The notes under the pieces are model-generated. The model was not told the DNA's origin, ran no database searches, and worked only from the letters and a program-made list of their open reading frames with translations. 13,273 nucleotides of DNA from Amoeboradix gromovi X-113 (lineage: Eukaryota > Fungi > Sanchytriomycota). Location of the stretch: assembly GCA_018985225.1 (NCBI GenBank), contig JADGIF010000237.1:1-13273 (forward strand), read 5' to 3'. This document shows positions 9,698-13,273 of this stretch, one piece after another (within the stretch, counting starts at the first letter, position 1; each line of letters starts with the position of its first letter). A program made the position numbers and the translations under genes.

Positions 9698-9800
9698 CTG
9701 ATTTCCGAGAAAATCGAGAATTTCCACAGAGAAACTAATGCTAGATCTCCGTTACAGTGATTGCTCCCGCTTGCACTACCCTGAGGCGGGATTGAACAAG
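9698..9800 (-). ncRNA. Candidate omegaRNA scaffold / element right end downstream of the TnpB/Fanzor remnant
   Basis: Three consecutive minus-strand hairpins start right after the nuclease tail: TCCCGC/GCGGGA (9791-9786 with 9770-9765), ACGGAGA-T-CTA-gcat-TAG-TT-TCTCTGT (9752-9726, one G.U pair), and a weaker stem at 9722-9701. They are followed by ...TCAG|G. Confidence 0.4.
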
Positions 9801-9801
9801 G

Positions 9802-10054
9802 ATGCAGATACTTGATGTATGTGTTCCTTGCTGCCATATGATCTCTATCTATCTTCAAATGACACTTTGTACAGGTTCAGGTTTCTAAGTTGTTTCTCTT
9901 TAAAGTACCATACCTCCTACATGGCATCGAATTTGTTCCTTGGTGCCATGTGGTCCATGTCCACTTCGAAATGACACTATGTACATGAATAGCTCTCCAA
10001 ATTGGTTTTCTTTAGAGTGCCACATATTGTCATGTCATCGAATATCCATGCTTG
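9802..10054 (-). mobile_element. TnpB/Fanzor nuclease remnant: two tandem decayed copies of the Zn-finger + RuvC-III segment
   Basis: Copy A (10054-9935): QAW..SMT*..CGTLKKTNLESYSCT*CHFEVDMDHMAPRN. Copy B (9930-9802): SMPCRRYGTLKRNNLET*TCTKCHLKIDRDHMAARNTYIKYLH. Both match the TnpB/Fanzor consensus TS-x-x-C-x-x-CG...C-x-x-C-x3-(I)DRD-x-x-AARN. The pair is visible as a DNA direct repeat with a period of 111-112 bp. Confidence 0.85.
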
Positions 10055-10295
10055 GGCCAGTTCCTCAGTGTTGATGAATGTATGCTGCACCTGCTAGTTA
10101 TTTCTTTAGAATTGATTTACCACTTGTGAAAAGGAATAATATCTAGTATTTAAGCCATTAGAAAAGTCTGGAAAAGTCGTCCAACTGTATAAAAATGCAT
10201 ACAAATTCGCGATAAATGATTTATTCAAGAAAACAATCGAGCTGGTTAATTTGACCCTAATCTTCAGTTATGCGTTGGCCGTGCTCTCATTGGCG

Positions 10296-12719
10296 CTAAT
10301 GCTGATTTCTTCTGTTCTTCAGTTTCATTGCCAAGAAAAGCAATATTGAAAGAGAAATTCCAATAAGAAACATCATCTTAATGGATTTCGTATAATTGTT
10401 CCTGTTATAAGTATGCGCTAATTCATCTAAACTGTTCTCAACCCATTGTCTAGACGTTACCTCTTTTATATAATATGCTTCAATTGCCCATCGTGGTGCA
10501 GAATAATCCCATAACAACCTAAATAATCCATATCCCTTTTCGGGATTATATATCTCATTTAAATCCGGGCTTACTCCGCCAAATAAAAATGACCACAACA
10601 AGGCATTACAAACTATAACAAGCCCAATCGAATTTTTGTCAAAAAGTACACTAAACAAATACCCAAAATTAAATGCTACAAAGTACAGAGACAGCATTAT
10701 TAGTGCTAGACTAAGAAAGTCCGATCGATAATCAACGAACATAATGAGCCCCAGAGTATAAAACAAAGAAGCAATGACAATTTTTGATAGATCAACTGTG
10801 AATTTGGCTAAAATATAAGGAATGGTAGGCATACCAGAGCTAGTATCTCTCCAGTAAACAGGCATCTCATTACCAAATGTGACCAAAGCAGAAGTTTGGC
10901 CGGAAAACAGTACACCAACACAAATTAGCATTCCAGCGTAATTAATGTAGTCAACAGGTGCTCTGCAGGTACTTTGAAGGACCGCAGGGGCCACATCACA
11001 CACTTGAGAGGGTTGAGTCCCCAAATATTGAAATTGTTGAATTGCAATGCTAACAACTACGCCCGCAATGAAATGGTTAATGTCGTCAAACAAGAACTTC
11101 AACCTATTTCTAAATTGTTGCTGCGAAGCCCTCCTTAATAACAGCCAATAAACGATAAATACGTTTGGAGTTTGTCTAATTGGGTCAGCAGTAAATGTAA
11201 TAAAACGGACAAAGGTAACAATGCTATATAGAAGTTCAGTTAAAACGTCCACTCCTGATTCTATAAGATGAAGAGCAAACGAATAAATCGATTTCAACTT
11301 TTTTAAGGACATAAAATTTGATTTGGTACCCATTCTTCGTAATGATCTCTTTTTCATTGTGTATTCGTCAAACCTGACTCTTTGAATTGGTGTTCCATCC
11401 ATATAGCATTCCCAGTAGTCGAACAAATCTTCGGGTCTAAAATCTGGATCCCACGGGCATTCTATCTTTCCACTAATTACATCCATTGCAAAATCCGCCG
11501 GATTCAATTTCTCATCTCCACAATTGAATCCTAGCTCATTAAAATATGGTAGGACGTGCTCTGTAGCTCCAAAGTAAACAACTCTTCCACCTTTTCCCAA
11601 AAATAACACATCTTGAAATTCATAAAATACTCTAATTGATGGAGAATGGACTATAGAAGCTATAGTTATGTTGTTATTCCTAGCTAAATTGTTCAAAATT
11701 TGGAATAGTTCTAATGCGGTGGAGCTGTCCAAGCCACTAGATGGTTCATCTAGAAACAAAATACTTGGGTCAGTAACAACCTCCATTCCAATGTTAACTC
11801 TTTTGCGCTGCCCACCACTTATGCCTCTGTTTTCTACATCTCCAATGACAGAATTGATTACATTTCCAAGCCCAAGAAAATCAATTATTTTGAGCACTTT
11901 CTTGCGTTTTTCAGCATTTGAAATGAAAGTAGACAGCCTCATGTTAGCGCTATGCATTAAAATATTGCTGACGGTTAATTCCCTCAGCATTATATCCTCT
12001 TGTGGACAAAAACCAATTAATTTGTGGTATTTTAACAAATCTTCTTTTTTACCGTTCAAAAATATGGTCCCACCATTTTTTTTTATTTTCCCAGTTAAAA
12101 GACAAAACAGAGTTGTTTTACCAGCACCTGAAGGACCCATAATTGCGCACATTTTACCTGATCTGAAAAGGCCTGACACATTAGACATTACAGTCGAACC
12201 GTCAGGTAACTTGTACTCAAGGTTGTGGAATTCAATGTCAATTGAATGGCTATTAGATATTAATGGAGTTACGGCTAACTCGTTCGTTTCATTTTGTTTT
12301 AATATTTCGATGTAAATTTTGTTTCTTATAGACTGCCGGATGTTCAGCGATGATTTGATCTTGAAAATGGCCACAATTGCCAAGAGGCCGAAAAAAATAA
12401 CAGCCAGCATCCCTATTCTAACTGGTTTGACAGTTCCAGGCGGACAAACAGCTAATCCAAAACAACTTAATGGCATTTGACTACCAGTTGGGCAATAATA
12501 GCCCAAAGGACATCTCTGGATGGTATCTGGGGTGCTGCAATAAAAACCAGGGCAACAATAATATGGCTGAATTGTGTTATTTGGGCAATAAAATCCTGCC
12601 GTGCACAAAACAGGGCTACTAGTCGCGGTTATTTGAAAATAACCAGGCTTTGTTTTCCACAAACTGTTTCCTACAGCCTTGCATGTTTTCGTGTCAAGAG
12701 AAGGCCTAGAACTGTTCAT
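10296..12719 (-). CDS. ABCG (White-like) half transporter with Cys-rich N-terminal region; true start probably further upstream (13051)
   Basis: Walker A GPSGAGKTT, signature ISGGQRKRVNIG, Walker B ILFLDEP and H-loop are present, with NBD before TMD. C.xG.YC repeats and a TM helix precede the NBD. Confidence 0.93.
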   Translation of the reverse strand: MNSSRPSLDTKTCKAVGNSLWKTKPGYFQITATSSPVLCTAGFYCPNNTIQPYYCCPGFYCSTPDTIQRCPLGYYCPTGSQMPLSCFGLAVCPPGTVKPVRIGMLAVIFFGLLAIVAIFKIKSSLNIRQSIRNKIYIEILKQNETNELAVTPLISNSHSIDIEFHNLEYKLPDGSTVMSNVSGLFRSGKMCAIMGPSGAGKTTLFCLLTGKIKKNGGTIFLNGKKEDLLKYHKLIGFCPQEDIMLRELTVSNILMHSANMRLSTFISNAEKRKKVLKIIDFLGLGNVINSVIGDVENRGISGGQRKRVNIGMEVVTDPSILFLDEPSSGLDSSTALELFQILNNLARNNNITIASIVHSPSIRVFYEFQDVLFLGKGGRVVYFGATEHVLPYFNELGFNCGDEKLNPADFAMDVISGKIECPWDPDFRPEDLFDYWECYMDGTPIQRVRFDEYTMKKRSLRRMGTKSNFMSLKKLKSIYSFALHLIESGVDVLTELLYSIVTFVRFITFTADPIRQTPNVFIVYWLLLRRASQQQFRNRLKFLFDDINHFIAGVVVSIAIQQFQYLGTQPSQVCDVAPAVLQSTCRAPVDYINYAGMLICVGVLFSGQTSALVTFGNEMPVYWRDTSSGMPTIPYILAKFTVDLSKIVIASLFYTLGLIMFVDYRSDFLSLALIMLSLYFVAFNFGYLFSVLFDKNSIGLVIVCNALLWSFLFGGVSPDLNEIYNPEKGYGLFRLLWDYSAPRWAIEAYYIKEVTSRQWVENSLDELAHTYNRNNYTKSIKMMFLIGISLSILLFLAMKLKNRRNQH

Positions 12720-13051
12720 TTAGTAATCTTGCGCCTAATAATCCGAACCCCTCAGGTTTAGACTGTTGAAATGCGGAAGCACAAGTGGAGACTAAAGTTG
12801 TCCCATGTGAGCAAGATTCTAAATCAAACGGTTTTCCAATTACAGGTAATTTATTGCGATGATCAATATACTTTAGCAACACTAGCAAATGACAAATTAG
12901 ATATAATAGCTAGACCAAGTGTTGTAAACATTTGGCGACTTGAGTTAAATAACCATTTGTAGTACCTGTATCGCCCAAGTCTACTCTCTTCGTGATTTTC
13001 AAGCTGCGTTAAACCTGTTAATCTTTTTTTATCAATTGCAAATGACTCCAT
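12706..13051 (-). other. Probable 5' extension of the ABCG gene, split over two further reading frames
   Basis: ORFs 13051-12863, 12888-12706 and 12719-10296 overlap consecutively, each offset by +1. Joining them supplies the missing N-terminal TM (MFTTLGLAIISNLSLLVLLKY). Confidence 0.5.
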
Positions 13052-13060
13052 ATTATCTCA

Positions 13061-13182
13061 TGCCGACCATGGGACACACTCTGTAAAAACTAGACTGGGG
13101 GGTAAAAAGCGAGTGACGAGATTAACCCAGTTGAAGTTTTCACAGTAGTGTCCCATATTTCTTCACCTAGGCAATAGGCGAA
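13061..13182 (-). ncRNA. Candidate Fanzor omegaRNA scaffold
   Basis: Hairpin TTCGCCTA-ttgcc-TAGGTGAA (13182-13162) is followed by an 88-nt multi-segment stem (13156-13069): ATGGGACAC/GTGTCCCAT, CTGTGAAAACT/AGTTTTTACAG, ACTGGG/CCCAGT. The single non-Watson-Crick pair in each of two stems is G.U only on the minus strand. The structure begins at the end of a Fanzor-like ORF. Confidence 0.6.
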
Positions 13183-13273
13183 ATTACTTTGTCAGTGATC
13201 CTTTGTTGCCAACCTGGTCTCTCACCATTCGCTAGCAAACTATCTATCACTTGAAGATTATTACAACATGCAT
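13167..13273 (-). mobile_element. 3' end of a Fanzor1-like nuclease ORF, truncated by the window edge
   Basis: Translates as (N/D/H/Y)ACCNNLQVIDSLLANGERPGWQQRITDKVISPIA*. This resembles the Fanzor1 tail after RuvC-III (N-A-x-x-N-x-x-x-I/V...G-x-R-P-x-x-x-x-R) and is followed immediately by structured RNA. Confidence 0.55.

Noticed and set aside
9840-10060. Direct repeat as a CRISPR array or LTR pair
   Set aside because: There are only two long, diverged units with no spacer architecture, and they are explained as duplicated coding sequence.
11668-12962. Plus-strand ORFs 11668-12315, 12477-12761, 12771-12962
   Set aside because: They are antisense to the conserved ABC gene, have non-ATG or weak starts, and show no independent motifs.
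13167-13187. 21-nt GT-AG candidate intron (GTAATTTCGCCTATTGCCTAG), and an ankyrin-repeat reading of the terminal ORF
   Set aside because: It lacks the TTAAY branch motif of the other introns and adds only a few codons, and it coincides with a hairpin. The G-x-R-P tail plus structured RNA favours Fanzor, although ankyrin cannot be fully excluded without upstream sequence.

Overview
This is an AT-rich, gene-dense eukaryotic window, most consistent with an early-diverging fungus or other holomycotan with a compact genome (inferred from gene content, not verified). Host genes are a disordered hypothetical protein, Arp3, a ~1233-aa secreted His-brace (LPMO-like) protein with nine Cys-rich modules, a small TPR-like ORF, a Git3/Gpr1-like 7TM receptor with a CxxC-CxxC insert, and an ABCG half-transporter with a Cys-rich N-terminal region. 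Two genes are each repaired by a tiny GT-AG intron (19 and 20 nt). Most intergenic spacers, although empty in the ORF track, translate into decayed C-terminal fragments of TnpB/Fanzor-type RNA-guided nucleases (E-x-x-T-S-x-x-C-x-x-C ... C-x-x-C ... D-R-D-x-x-A-A-R-N, or the G-x-R-P tail). There are four reasonable loci and two weak ones. Two are followed directly by strand-specific, G.U-containing hairpin clusters where an omegaRNA scaffold is expected. All calls come from manual reading; no searches were run.
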